Below, in pieces: positions 36,909-50,094 of a stretch of DNA of 64,000 nt (within the stretch, counting starts at the first letter, position 1; every line of letters starts with the position of its first letter). Source of the DNA: Octopus sinensis (Eukaryota); the NCBI RefSeq assembly GCF_006345805.1, contig NC_042999.1, positions 82,832,001 to 82,896,000 on the forward strand, written 5' to 3'. The translations under genes and the position numbers were made by a program. The notes beneath the pieces are model-generated. The model had not been told where the DNA came from. It was given only the letters and a program-made list of their open reading frames with translations, and ran no database searches.

Positions 36909-37021
36909 ATAAACGCTTCTTAGTAAACTTTAAATTGAAAAAGACATTTTATTGCAGTTGATGACTGGCTTCACACAGTATCTGTCCACCACATTCACTC
37001 ACAAAACCATGGTAAGTATTG

Positions 37022-37024
<3 letters not shown>

Positions 37025-37069
<45 letters not shown>

Positions 37070-37317
37070 TATATATATACATTATATATATACATATAAT
37101 ATATACATATATATTATATATACATATATATATATACTATATATACATATATATACATATATATATACATATATATATACATATATATATACATATATAC
37201 ATATATACATATATATATACATATATACATATATACATTATATATATTATATATATACATTATATATATAATATATACATATATATTATATACATATATA
37301 TATATACATATATATAC

Positions 37318-37350
<33 letters not shown>

Positions 37351-37501
37351 CATATATATACATATATACATATATATATACAATATATATACATATATAT
37401 TATATATACATATATATATATACATTATACATATATATACATATATATATACATATATATATATATACATATATATATATACATATATACATATATATAT
37501 A

Positions 37502-37542
<41 letters not shown>

Positions 37543-37811
37543 TTATATATATACATATATATAATATATATACATATATATACATATAATATATATACAT
37601 ATATAACATATATATATATACATTATACATATATATATACATATATAATATATATATACATATATATATAATATACATATATACATATATAATACATATA
37701 TACATATATATATACATATATACATATATATATACATATAATATATATATATATCATATATATATACATATATATACTATATATATATATAATATATATA
37801 TATATACATTA

Positions 37812-37861
<50 letters not shown>

Positions 37862-37914
37862 CATATATATACATATATATATATACATATATATATATAT
37901 ACATATATATATAC

Positions 37915-37945
<31 letters not shown>

Positions 37946-37958
37946 CATATATATATAC

Positions 37959-37991
<33 letters not shown>

Positions 37992-38219
37992 CATATATAT
38001 ACATATATATATATTACATATATATATATCTATATACATATATATATATACATATATATATACATATATACATATATATATACATATATATATACAATAT
38101 ATATATATACATATTATATACATATATATATATACATATATACATATATATATATATAATATACATATATATATATATACATATATATATATACTATATA
38201 CATATTATATATATATATA

Positions 38220-38251
<32 letters not shown>

Positions 38252-38341
38252 ATATTATATATATATACATATATAATATATATATATATACATATATAAC
38301 ATATATATATATACATATATATATATACATATATATATAAC

Positions 38342-38372
<31 letters not shown>

Positions 38373-38384
38373 ACATATATATAC

Positions 38385-38415
<31 letters not shown>

Positions 38416-38450
38416 ATATATATTATATATATTATATATATATATATATG
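37025..38450. repeat. ~1.4-kb degenerate (TA)n/(TATACA)n array
   Basis: Essentially only A, T and scattered C on the plus strand. Confidence 0.97.
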
Positions 38451-39269
38451 AGACAATAGCTATGTATTTATGTGAAAAAACACTTGGAAATGATACAATG
38501 AAGCCTTGGAAGATAAAAGACCGCTTACCGCCACCACCGCTACTACCACGACCATCTTGATAAGATGTCTTCTGATAGGGAGAATCTTGTAAAGCATTGA
38601 AAGATTTGAACGATGTATAATACGAGTGGAGTTCCTCTACTTACCACTTCACATTAATATTCAAATAGGAATAAACACCCATTATACTTTATCCTTTAAA
38701 ATAGCTTTAAAAATACAGAATGACACATACGCGATTCAAGGGAATATCTTCGCATTGAGTTGTAAAGGAAGTAATAGAAATTGTTTTCAATATATTCTTA
38801 AAGTTATACCTCTGAGTAACTATATACTCGTTACATTAAGGAGACAGAAGATGAATCGAGAGTAACTGCAGAGTTTCGATGGTGTATGCTTTTATCTCAT
38901 TTCACGTGTCAACATTTGGAAAATCTAAGTCATATGGCCAATGCGAGATTTTGTAGTCCAAATGATAAGTGAATTATGGAAGAAACTCTTTTTGTTAAAT
39001 AGCTTAAGATTAACTTGTAGGCTGAAAGGATTATCTTAGTTTTTGGAAGAGTGTTTAAGAAAATATACTATAGCTTCCTCCTGAGAATACTACGACAATA
39101 GCTTCTGATGGCGAACTAGCCATGACTGGAATCATGGTTTTTCAGGTTTCCTGAAGAATATAAGTCCTTATATAATGTGCAATGTGTTTTATACAAATAT
39201 TTGTAACAAAAATATCTCACTCAATAACTTCATGATGCTTTGTGAGTATGTATGTGTGTGTGTGTGTGA

Positions 39270-39317
<48 letters not shown>

Positions 39318-39572
39318 ATAGAAATATGTTACAAAAAGAAAATAGAAACTACTCGTGGTAATGTAAGGGGAAAGTAAGAAAAAAACAACGAAAATGCACA
39401 TTGTAAATCAAAAAAAGTAAAGGCTTTTTATGAAAAGTAACGAAAGATATATACAATTACATAACTGAGGTAGGAATAAAAGTAATAAAAGTCATCGTTG
39501 TGAATTGTTAAAGAGATTCAAGCATACCGGTTTCGTAAGTTTCTATTCATTGCTTTGGATGCATACCGATTA

Positions 39573-39606
<34 letters not shown>

Positions 39607-39607
39607 T

Positions 39608-39658
<51 letters not shown>

Positions 39659-39659
<1 letters not shown>

Positions 39660-40045
39660 TAGCAGTATCGCCCGGCGTTGCTCGGGTTTGTTTCGACCCG
39701 CTGGAATTGAAATTTTTGAAAAGTAAACATTTTGCATTATGTAGCTTGTTATTCTCTTCAAGTGAACATTTTACTGGTTGAAATACACCGAAAAGTGACG
39801 ACACAGCAGTGAAAAAATCGTAAAAATAGTGATTTTCATAGAAAAAAGCACCTTTTTGATGTAAATAATTTTTGATGTTAACATGGTCCGATTTGAATTT
39901 TATCTTCTACGGAAGGAAGAGCAACCTTTCTATCATACTCTCAATTTTGGTCAACTTGCGCCGCAGGGTCTCGGAGGAGATAGTGTTAGTTGAAGGCTAC
40001 CAAACCTGGCGCACACAGACAACTTCAGCTTTATATAGAGAGAGA
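39659..40045 (-). mobile_element. Short non-autonomous Helitron
   Basis: CTAG at 39659-39662 after A, hairpin CCCG-GCGTTGCT-CGGG, and a right end CAACTTCAGCTTTATATAGAGAGAGA|T. Termini are shared with 17378-17674, with a different interior. Confidence 0.8.
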
Positions 40046-40326
40046 TAACACACACACATTAATACACATACATACACACACATTAATACACATACATACA
40101 CACACACATGTATGTATGGATGTATGTATGTATATATGTACATCTGTCCACTTCTTACCATATTTTTATCCTTCACTTCCTACACACACACATAGACACA
40201 CACACACACTCACACACACACTCACACACACACACACACGCACGCACACACACACACACACATTAGCTTACAATTTTCTTTCAACAATTGACACTGTCGT
40301 ATATGTATGTTTGCGTGTCTATGTGT

Positions 40327-40790
40327 GTAAAGAGAAAGTGGGAGAAAGTCTGGTAATAGGCGGAGTAAAGCCTTTGAAGTGAGAGAGGGAAATCGTAAAA
40401 TATTGAGTTTTCTCGAATTTTTGCTTAATTGGGGGTGAAATTGAAAGAAATTTATATGCCATGACCGAACGGAATGTACTTGGAAAAATCATAGGTAAAC
40501 TCCAATTGAAGAAATTGTGTGAGGAGTAAATCGTTATGTATTTATTTGTTTCTATTTGCTCTGTATTTTTTTTTGAATAGTGGTTTAAGGTACACTTGCA
40601 AAGAGAAAGTAGGAGAAATTATGGTAATAGCATGAGTGAAGCAGTTGTAATTAGAGAGGCAAATCGTAAAATATTTACTTTTCTCAAATTTTTGCTTAAT
40701 TGGGCGTCAAATTGAAAAAACTTTATATACCATGACCCAATCGAATCTACTTGTAAAAATCGTAGGTAAATTCCAATTGAAGAAATTCTA
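40327..40790. repeat. Two diverged ~195-bp direct repeats (40327-40520, 40598-40790)
   Basis: AAAGAGAAAGT(G/A)GGAGAAA...AAATCGTAAAATATT...TTTTTGCTTAATTGGG...TCCAATTGAAGAAATT is seen twice. Confidence 0.9.
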
Positions 40791-40884
40791 TATTGTAGAA
40801 TTGTACTAAAAAGGAACATGGGAACAGGCAGAGAAAATCTGCCTTTTTCATAAGATTATCATAAGATATATAATATATATATAT

Positions 40885-40924
<40 letters not shown>

Positions 40925-40927
<3 letters not shown>

Positions 40928-41101
40928 TTTTCATCTTTTATTTGTTTCAGCCATTTGACTGCAGCCATGCTGGAGCACCACCTTTAGTCGAACAAATCGA
41001 CCCCAGAACTTATTCTTTGTAAGCCTAGTACTTATTCTATCAGTTCTTTGGCCGAACCGCTATTTTACGTTGTCAAGCGATGGTGGGAGACAAACAAACA
41101 A

Positions 41102-41172
<71 letters not shown>

Positions 41173-41461
41173 CGACGGGCTTCTTTCAGTTTCCGTCAAC
41201 CAAATCCACTCACAAGGCTCTGGTTGACCCGAAGATATTGTAGAAGACACTTACCCAAGGTTCCACGCAGTGGGACTGAACCCAGAACCATGTGGTTGCT
41301 AAGCAAGTTACTTTCCACAGAGCTACGTTTGCGCCCATATGCGCATATATACATATATATGTGGTAAGTAACTTGCTTAGCAACCACATGGTTCTGGGTT
41401 CAGTCCCACTGCGTGACACGTTGGGTAAGTGTCTTCTACAATATCTTCGGGTCGACCAGAG

Positions 41462-41465
<4 letters not shown>
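40925..41465. mobile_element. SINE family B (minus, 40925-41330) with an inverted copy of its head (41360-41465)
   Basis: 106-bp arms 41214-41319 and 41360-41465, 5 mismatches. Confidence 0.92.
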
Positions 41466-41508
<43 letters not shown>

Positions 41509-42014
41509 TACTTTATATAATTAAGGGCTCAGTAAAATAATTTACTTTACCACATACTGAAATTTTTAGAAATAGTAGCCAAAAAGTTTCTTTTTATATA
41601 TATATATATATACTTTAGGTTACTTTTTAGTTTACTTTTCAATTTCTAAAAGCCTGTAAGATGTTGGCTAACGATTTTTATAATGTGATTAGCGACAAGA
41701 CAGAGGGAGTTGCATTTTTACAAGAAACCAGCACTAAATTCACATCATTTCTTAAGACAAAGAAAAGTGCCATTCTGTTGTGTGATCTACAATGTAAAGG
41801 GAGACAACTTTAGGTTATTTTTTTACAGTACTTTGTGTTGGTGCATCTTTCCGTATGATCTACATGACTACAAATTAACTTTGGTGCTTGATCTACGTGC
41901 TTATTTTGATTCTAATTTGGCTTTCTTATTATTAAAATAGTAAGAATTTTGAGAAAATACATTTACAAACACAAGACACAAAGACACACACACAGATATA
42001 TTCATATATATATA

Positions 42015-42150
42015 AATACTACGGGCTTTTTTTTTTTTTTTTTTTTTCCGTCTACCAACTCCACTCACAAGGCTTTACTCGACCACCCAAAGCTATAGTA
42101 GAAGACACTTGCCCAAGGTGCCACGTAGTAAGACTGAACGCGGAACCATG
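42015..42150 (-). mobile_element. SINE family B head fragment
   Basis: CCACTCACAAGGCTTT...AGTAGAAGACACTTGCCCAAGGTGCCACG. Confidence 0.85.
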
Positions 42151-42429
42151 TACGAAGAAATCTTAAAAAGTAATCTCCCTTGTAGATCACATGCCGAAGG
42201 AGCACGTGCGCACACACACACACACACACACATATATGTATATATATATATATATATTTAAAGGGAAAAATTTATTAATTTTTCCCTTATGAGGATTTTC
42301 ACGCTACTTGATAAATTCTTATAAAGATTTATCCTATTTTTAAAAAGTATGTATATATATGTGTGTGTGTGTGTGTATGTATAAGGATGAAAAGGGACAC
42401 CCGAGTTGATATATATGAAAAACAAGTCA

Positions 42430-42489
<60 letters not shown>

Positions 42490-42517
42490 TCATGTGGGGT
42501 AACAAAACCAAGGCAGG

Positions 42518-42752
42518 ACAAGCTTATAAGATCATATAAATTTATTTTCAGTACAAGCTTGCTCGGAAGTGGACTACGGTTCCCCAGCTCCAGCCCCTGT
42601 TGTGAACTTGGGTCCTAATGGATTACCAATTACAGCACTTACACGGCGTACCTATTGGTCTAGATCATCTGTAGCCTAAATCCTTCCTATTCTATATATA
42701 TAAAACGTCTATAAAAAAGGATAATAAAAATGCACTGTGTTCCTGATTATTT
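42518..42752. repeat. Arm 2 of the inverted duplication (partner 35232-35424), with an extra ~40 bp
   Basis: Reverse complement match. The insert TTACACGGCGTACCTATTGGTCTAGATCATCTGTAGCCTAAA is absent from arm 1. Confidence 0.92.
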
Positions 42753-42994
42753 GAACATCGTCTTTCACTTTGCAATGTAACGTGGTAACTCGAAGCAGAT
42801 TATTTACAAAGGTTAGGTGCACTTTTTCATTGAGTCATATAATTCCATAACAATCTGAATCCAATACTAAATGAAAAAAACCTCAGCAAAAATTAAATTC
42901 TAAATATAATAAAGTGAGGAAATGATTACAATAGGAAAATATTAGTATAATGTAAGGGTGAACCCTTATTTCAAAATTCTAAATAATGATTTGC

Positions 42995-43088
42995 TCCTTT
43001 GGATTTGAGAAATGTTAATTCTTTTCCATCTTCTCACGACTTCCTTTGGATTTGAGAAATGTTAATTCTTTTCCATCTTCTCACGACT
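42995..43088. repeat. Perfect 47-bp tandem duplication
   Basis: TCCTTTGGATTTGAGAAATGTTAATTCTTTTCCATCTTCTCACGACT x2. Confidence 0.95.
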
Positions 43089-44124
43089 TGAACAAAAGAC
43101 AGAAGAAAATGTTCCCGATACTCATCTATACGGCTCATTTTGATAACTTGAAGAAGATTTTGATATTCGCTTTTGAAGGTTTTGTAAACATGTTTCTTCA
43201 ATTTGCATCGAAATAGGAAATGCAGATATGGTAACTGACTTATTAAATGAAATGAATTAAAATAATACGGATCTCAAGGCCAAAGTATTGTTCAGTTATA
43301 AAAGCTTTAGTGATTTCTGGATTAATAAACGACAGCGACTTAATATTTATATCTAGGGACAGCTGTTGACCCGATCTTACTTGCCTTTTCAAAATCCTAT
43401 GTAGCAGAAAATGTATTATTTAGAAAACAAAGACTCAAACTTAACATCCATGAATGTGGTGACCTAAAACACAGACTCACAAATCCTCAGGCTCTTTACT
43501 CTCATTAAAATTGTAAACTTTCTTCAGTTAGTTATTTTATTACCTCTGTAAACTTTTCACATATCCACGCTGCTTTTTTCTCAGCAGTTCTTCGTATTTT
43601 TTTTCCAAACTCTTTGTCCATACAACATTAAACTAAAAATTTGACAAATCTATTTTACGTTTTTAACACAGATACACACACATATACACATTCATGTATG
43701 TGAGTGTTAGAAAATAAGTGGGGATAGCTATTTGAGATGTTGTCGCCATTCATTTTCGACGTCATTTTACGGTAAATTATCTCCTTTTGATTTCTTATAA
43801 TGGACGACGTTAGCATTGAAAACTTTAGTGTACCGTATTATGTAGCTTAAAAAGGTAGTTTACTTAATGACCAGGGACGAAAAATCGCTGAGGAGGTCAC
43901 AGAATGTGTGACGAAAGAACTCTGACGAATAAACTATTAATAGTAATAATAAAGTTAAAGTGAAGATCAAATAGTATGCGTGTTTATTCACAAAAGATGG
44001 CTATCTATCCCCAAGTATATATATGAATATATATGTGTATGGGTATATGTGTGTGTGTGTGTGTATATATATATTATGTATATATATGTGTGTGTGTGTA
44101 TGTATATATGAATATATATATACA

Positions 44125-44673
44125 GGTCACTTTCGTGTGCTACTGGTAACATGTAACCCAGTACAACCTGTTGCATGCTCGGGTCGTCGATGACTAAACC
44201 GGCAACCCCACCAAGCTTGCTTGGTGAGGAAGGTGTCTATTGGACACCCTGCGGGATGAAAAACAAAACCCTCAAAGGGCGGAGGAACTCTTGAGAGTCA
44301 ACGGCCATTCAATAAATGTCTTAGGGTTGTATCATGCGCGGGGACATAGAAATAATCGGACTGAATACCCGATCGCGTGGTTAAACCATTGGGAGTGAAG
44401 GACTCCTAGCCTTTGTTAGGACATCCTTCTAGGAGAAGGTAACTCAGGTAACTGGGATAACTCTGAAATAAAACCTGCGGCTCAATGGTTACCGATGATG
44501 TTGACTTGTTCTTCTTTTCGGATTATGGCTGCTGTTGCTTAGTGAGTGGGATTGACTCAGTGCACAGCCTTTCCTCACTTAAAAAAAAAATCTTCTTGCA
44601 CAGGCATTGCACGATAACAACATTGATTAAGCTTCGTGCAATGACCATACTCGATAACGAGGGAGCAGCCACC

Positions 44674-44676
<3 letters not shown>
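44125..44676 (+). mobile_element. RTE-type 5' UTR fragment or non-autonomous derivative
   Basis: AACCTGTTGCATGCTCGGGTCGTCGATGACTAAACCGGCAACCCCACCAAG...GGTGAGGAAGGT is homologous to 6865-6935. Ends at GCCACCATG followed by (TA)n. Confidence 0.6.
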
Positions 44677-44739
<63 letters not shown>

Positions 44740-45279
44740 ATAAATATATATATATGTGTGTATATATATGTATATATATGTGTGTGTGTATGTGTGTGTG
44801 TGTATAAATATATGTATGTATCATTTTGCTATTTTTCATTTTTTTTATTCTGTTCTTTGTCGTCACCACTCATTTTAAATCACATCTTCGGTGAGTTAAC
44901 TCGGCATTCCCAAACAACAATGTAACCTTCATACAACTCAGGTAACTTCGGCCTGACGAGTAGCATTCGCTGAGTGCTACTCAGGGGATCTGTTGGCTAG
45001 GAATCATATGTAGCCAGAATTTTACCTGTTCCACTTCCTCAATTTGAACTTTTATTTGCATTCGTAGTAAATTTAGTTGCTAACTGTGAGCTATACATAC
45101 ATTTTTTGTTCGTCTTATCGAACTTCGATATAGATTAAGCCTACAACCTTCAACGTCAATAAATTATTATTGTTCCTGAACGTTGTTTTTTAGACTTACC
45201 ACGGACTACTCAAGGCTTACAAACTTCCTATACTTGGATTTTACAATTACATGTATGTATGCATGTCCATATCTATATA

Positions 45280-45602
45280 GGAGCACTCCGTCGGTTTCGA
45301 CGATGAGTGTCCCAGCTGATATGATCAACGGAACAGCTTGCTCGTGAAATTAACATGTAAGTGGCTGAGCACTCCACAAACACGTGTACCCTTAACGTAG
45401 TTCTCGGGGAGATTCCGCGAGACACAGTGAGTGACAAGGCTGGCCTTTTGAAATACAGGTGCTACTCATTTTTGCCAGCTGAGTGGACTGGAGCAACGTG
45501 AAATAAAGTGTCTTGCTCAAGGACACAACGTGCCGCTGGAAATTGAGCTCACGACCTTACGATCATGAGCCGAATGCCTCTAACCACTAAACCACGCACC
45601 TT
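45280..45602 (-). mobile_element. SINE with the family C head and a different tail (...GAACTACGTTAAGGGTACACGTG...GACGGAGTGCTCC)
   Basis: Minus-strand tRNA head AAGGTGCGTGGTTTAGTGGTTAG and the block TGTGTCCTTGAGCAAGACAC. Confidence 0.88.
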
Positions 45603-46194
45603 TACTATACCACCTTCACCATATCTATACATCCATGTATAAATATACACTGATAAATTATATCCACTTGTCTGAAATACACGGATTCAATATCGTACGA
45701 TGTATATACACTTGAACGTCACACTATTTTCTGTTCCAACACTCGCATCAATAACAGCAACTCATTATTAACCACTATTATAGAGAACTACGTATGGATG
45801 AGTAACGAGAATTATAAGCTTAACAAGATGTGAGAACACGAAGTCATTTAATTTGCTACAGCCTCATCTACCTAAATAAGCTCAACAAAGTGGAAATAAA
45901 AGCTGCATATTAAATATTTGAAGTAACTATTTACAGTTAATGGCTAAAGTTATTGGGAATTAAATGATTTCGCACAGGGTTTGTGACAGGTAATGATCAG
46001 GTCTGTCCAACGGCTGTTTGTTTCATAAGTTATGTAATACCTGCTCAGAAATTGGATTGGTCCATTTATATGTTCAGTGTTTTTGACACAGCATAATGTT
46101 ATCCAATATGTACTACTCACCCCTGATCTAATTGTTCACTATACTGCCCTCTTGGTCATTTGTTGCTCGCAGAAAGCAAAGTAGTCCTGTCATG

Positions 46195-47600
46195 AGATTC
46201 AGACTTCGCTGGAACATCGCTGTTTCACCTCACATTCCTGGTTGACATGGAGACCAAACGAAAATGGGCATAAAAGCTTGTCGGTCGGAGAGTCTGGTTT
46301 CACTGATGGCTACTACATCGACACGTAGTGACGTGAGGTCGCTGAGTAGATAGCCTTGTTTCCCAGGTAACCCCAGACAACATGCATTTATATTGCATAT
46401 TCTGAGCAAGGCCATGTCAGATTAAGGCATAAAATTTGTGAATTTGTTTTGGATGGTATCACTCCCCTCTGGTCATAACTGCCAGTTCTGCCAGTTTTGC
46501 CAGCTTTCTGTGTTGATGTCGGTGCGCTTTTGTCTCTTTTTCTTTTGTTTGATCTGCCAACCTTTCGCCATTTAGGCTCCTCGTCACCCCCACCCACCTC
46601 TCACCGCGGATATGTCTTTCTGCTCCAAATACGAGAGGGGAAAATCTTACGGAGTTTTTTACTGTTTTTTTTTGTGTGTTTTTTTTGCTGTTGATAAGTT
46701 GTTGTTTTGGGGAATTCTGATGCTGTTGTTTTTGCTGCTGTATGGTATGTGGAAACCATAAATGTTGATGAGCTCTCTATTGTGTTTGCTGCTGCTACGT
46801 CCACTGTTTTTGTTCTTGTTTCTACTACTGCTGTTGGCGCTGCTGTGATTGCAGTTGCTGCTATTACTGTTACTGTTGTTTTTGCAGCTGTATTGGTCAC
46901 CTCCTTCTTCTGGTATTGTGGTTGTTGTTGTGGTGGTGGTGGTGGTGGTGGTGGTGATGGTGGTGGTGCCGGCAAAAATGGGTGGGGACTCACTTCTCTT
47001 TTTTGTTGTGGGCAGAAAGCTTTGGGGTGATTTGTGTTGCCACAGAGGCGACATCTTAGCTTTCTACTCTCAAGGATCACGTGAAGCTTCGTACCATCTG
47101 GTAGGCTTATGAAGTCTGGGATGGCCTCAACGCTTGGCTTCTCTGCCTGAATTTATAGCAGCAGCCCCACTCTTAACCATTTCTGCTTTTGTTCTCTCTG
47201 TGTTCACAGAATATTGGTTTTTCTCTTCTATATCGAAGATAATTGCAGTTACCAACCAGTAGATGTATATTTCTGGTGGCATGTTTAGTATTCTTAGCAA
47301 GATAAATGGGGATGTGGACGAGTTTGTCACTCGTCCGGGTGGTTGTTGGGTGACTTTTGGCCTCCTCCTGCTCCTCTGGAGCGTACCTCACTTTGACAGT
47401 CCCATATCCCCCACCCCCTGACTATATAATATTTGCTCTTCTAAATTGGTCGTAAACATTTTTCAATCTGCCGGTGCGTTGCCTGTTCTACTCTTCAAAT
47501 AAGTTTCTTGATCGGCAGTTCTAAGAATATTTAGTGCCATATTTCTCCCACATTTCTCTACATTTGCCACTTTTGAATTCATTTTAGTTTATAAAACTGT
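46195..47600 (-). mobile_element. 5' part of an L1/Tx1-like LINE: frameshifted ORF1 with a CCHC zinc knuckle, then the start of the ORF2 AP endonuclease
   Basis: CRLCGNTNHPKAFC (C-X2-C-X4-H-X4-C, 47012-47053). ORF 46230-46415 ICNINACCLG...VDVVAISETRL is the APE motif. Confidence 0.85.
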
Positions 47601-47757
47601 TTTCGCTTACTTGAAGGGTCGCCTGCACGAAATCACTAAGTGAAGCTTTGTGTGGTTCGCTTTCTTTGTTGTCTTTTCCGTTAATGATGTTGGTGGTGGG
47701 TTTGTTGTTGCCACTGGCGGTGTGTTGTTGCCACTGTTGTTGTTGCTTTTTGTTGTC

Positions 47758-47784
<27 letters not shown>

Positions 47785-47792
<8 letters not shown>

Positions 47793-47985
47793 CCTTTCTA
47801 CTATAGGCACAAGGTCTTAAATTATATGGGGAGGGGGCGAGTCGATTACTTCGACCCCAATGCTCCACTGGCACTTATTTCATCGACCTCGAAAGGATGA
47901 AAGGCAGAGTCAACATCGGCAGAATTTGAACTCTGAACGTAAGGACGGATATAATACCGCTAAGCATTTCGCCCGCTCTCTGCCT
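47785..47985 (-). mobile_element. SINE family A copy
   Basis: Reverse complement of the family A body and CTATAGTAGAAAGGATTATT tail. Confidence 0.88.
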
Positions 47986-48009
47986 CAATAATAATGATGA
48001 TGATGATGA

Positions 48010-48575
48010 TGATGACAGTAAATGCCCTGATGCAGTACCAGGCAGTGGCTCTCGTGGCTTCTGATCTTAACTGATTGGAAGTATTATCATGTACATTGTT
48101 TTGTCTTGGTATAAAAGATGGGCTACACCAAATATTCTGCTCAATACCACAGATCTGCTTGTCAGTTGTTTGACCTTAACCAGTTGAGCATGTCCCTTAG
48201 TGGCTGACGATATGTGCATCTCTGATCACGAGCAGAAGTAGTGGGAGAGCATCATAGCCATGTGTTGAGAGGGATTCGTTGGAGTTTGAATAATTCACCT
48301 CTGGAAACATGGGTGTTTCGTTCAACATCCTTAAACAACCCTTATTCAGGGACCTTTTGAGCGGGATGGGTTACTCGACCAGAAGAAAATTCTAACTGGG
48401 CCCCACCTGCAAGGTTATGTGTTTTTTATCTTGATATGAGATCACCATGTTGCGCACATATGGTTGTGATGCATGAGCCTGGAGTACCCTTAGACGAGTA
48501 GTCATGATGGGTATACTGGGCTTCGTATATTTTATTGCAGTGTCACTTTGATGGCATGCACTGCTCTCTCACTCA
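48010..48575. repeat. Probable interspersed repeat of unknown class flanked by (GAT)n/(AAT)n
   Basis: Balanced-composition block between trinucleotide runs that resembles a recalled octopus repeat. There is no second copy in the window. Confidence 0.35.
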
Positions 48576-49499
48576 ATAATAATGATGATGATGAGGATGA
48601 TGATGATGATGATGATTTTTTTCTTGTTTGAATGGTTGATTAAGAGAATCGGTAGTCTGGTTGGCAAAAATACTTGCGATATTTAGTGAAGTATCTTTAG
48701 GACTTGAGTTCAAATTCTGATAATGTCAGGCAGGCTTTTCATCATTTTTAGAGTTCCATTAACTACAACTGTGTTGTAAATGAATTAAATAATCTCTAAC
48801 ACTCCCTATAAAAAAATATTGTGGCTTTGTGCCAATGTCAAAAATAATTATGTTAAATAATTACGAAATTATTTGAATTTAATGAAAAGAAATAGTTTTT
48901 CTCTCCCCCCATCCCCACCTTACCTCCGTTCTCTCTTTAATCATGCCCAATGTCGTGTTAGCGTTTAGTTTCTTTGATTTAAAACAAGATTAACTTTCCA
49001 ACAGCAAAGATTCTCTGATGTAAGATACAGATATGAGTAATTCTGATCTCAAGTGGTTTGATCTCTAGAAGTTTAAAGTAAAACTTCACATTCAAACTGT
49101 GAAATAGACTGGTTCTGAGAAATGAAAAGGTAGCTATGTCTTTTCTTTTTTTGTTTGTTTGTTTCATTTTTCAATTGCTAGCAAATTATAGTAGCATGAA
49201 TTTTTAAAACTCCATTCTTAAGTTTGTGATGAGCCACTTAAAGATTCTAGGTCCTTGGTAATTGCAAGGAAAGACAGAATAGAAAATTTACTTGGCTGGA
49301 ATATGAAGAAAAAGTAATCGAGCTAACAGACGAGTTTCTACACTGTCACTTGGCTGCAAGAAATTATACCCAAATATCCTTCATTTCAGAGCTTTATTGC
49401 CTTAAAAAAAAGGGGATAACGCATTAGACACATTATGTTATCCGAGATATATTTTGGCTTGAACAATTCTCAAAAAAGAGTTCTGAGTTTCATCTCTTA

Positions 49500-49860
49500 T
49501 CAGTTATTTTGTTTCAGTTGGGGTTCTGCCTTGAAGGGTTTAGTCGAACGAATCAACACCAGTAATTATTACTCTATGCCTAGAGCTTATTTTATTGGGA
49601 TGGAGTTTTGCCGAACTGCTAAGTTACGGGGGGCTCAAACAACCAACAGCGATGTTGTCAACAAACACACACACATACATACATACATACATATACACAC
49701 ATATACACAACACACACACACACACACACACATACACAACACACATACACCCATACATACACCCATACACACACGTGACGAGCTTCTCTTCAGTTTCCGC
49801 CGAATAAATCCACTCATAAGGACATGGTCGGCCTGAGGCGATAGTAGAAGAAACTTGCTC
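49500..49860 (-). mobile_element. SINE family B copy, head truncated
   Basis: Homology to 16130-16420. Confidence 0.8.
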
Positions 49861-50080
49861 GTGATGCCACTTTGTGAAGGTCTCGTTGAAGTCCTCCAAA
49901 GTAAAGGTGTCCAGGCCGTTTGTTACTGCCTCCTTCACCTTTTCAGCGGCTTCAAAACGACTGCCCCTGAGGTTCTCCTTTAGCTTGGGGAACAACTAAA
50001 AGTCACAGGGAGCAAGGCCGAGACTGCAGGAAGAAGGAAGGACACTTTGATGCCCATCTCTACAGTCTTGTCAGCTGTGA
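49858..50080 (-). mobile_element. Mariner transposase C-terminal fragment
   Basis: LAPCDF*LFPKLKENLRGSRFEAAEKVKEAVTNGLDTFTLEDFNETFTKW matches the PDLAPSDF.LF..LK..L.G.RF motif. Confidence 0.85.
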
Positions 50081-50094
50081 CTAGTAATGTTTAA

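Noticed and set aside
44668-44680. Perfect Kozak-like GCCACCATG
   Set aside because: It is followed immediately by (TA)n with no coding frame. At most it is the relic start of the element's ORF.
44952-44985. CTGACGA followed by a perfect 6-bp stem (GTAGCA/TGCTAC), suggesting a hammerhead
   Set aside because: No GAAA follows. It is better explained as a simple imperfect palindrome.
49624-49995. 123-aa ORF as a mariner-SINE fusion protein
   Set aside because: It is a chance read-through from a truncated transposase fragment into a SINE and microsatellite, and the upstream transposase frame has a stop.
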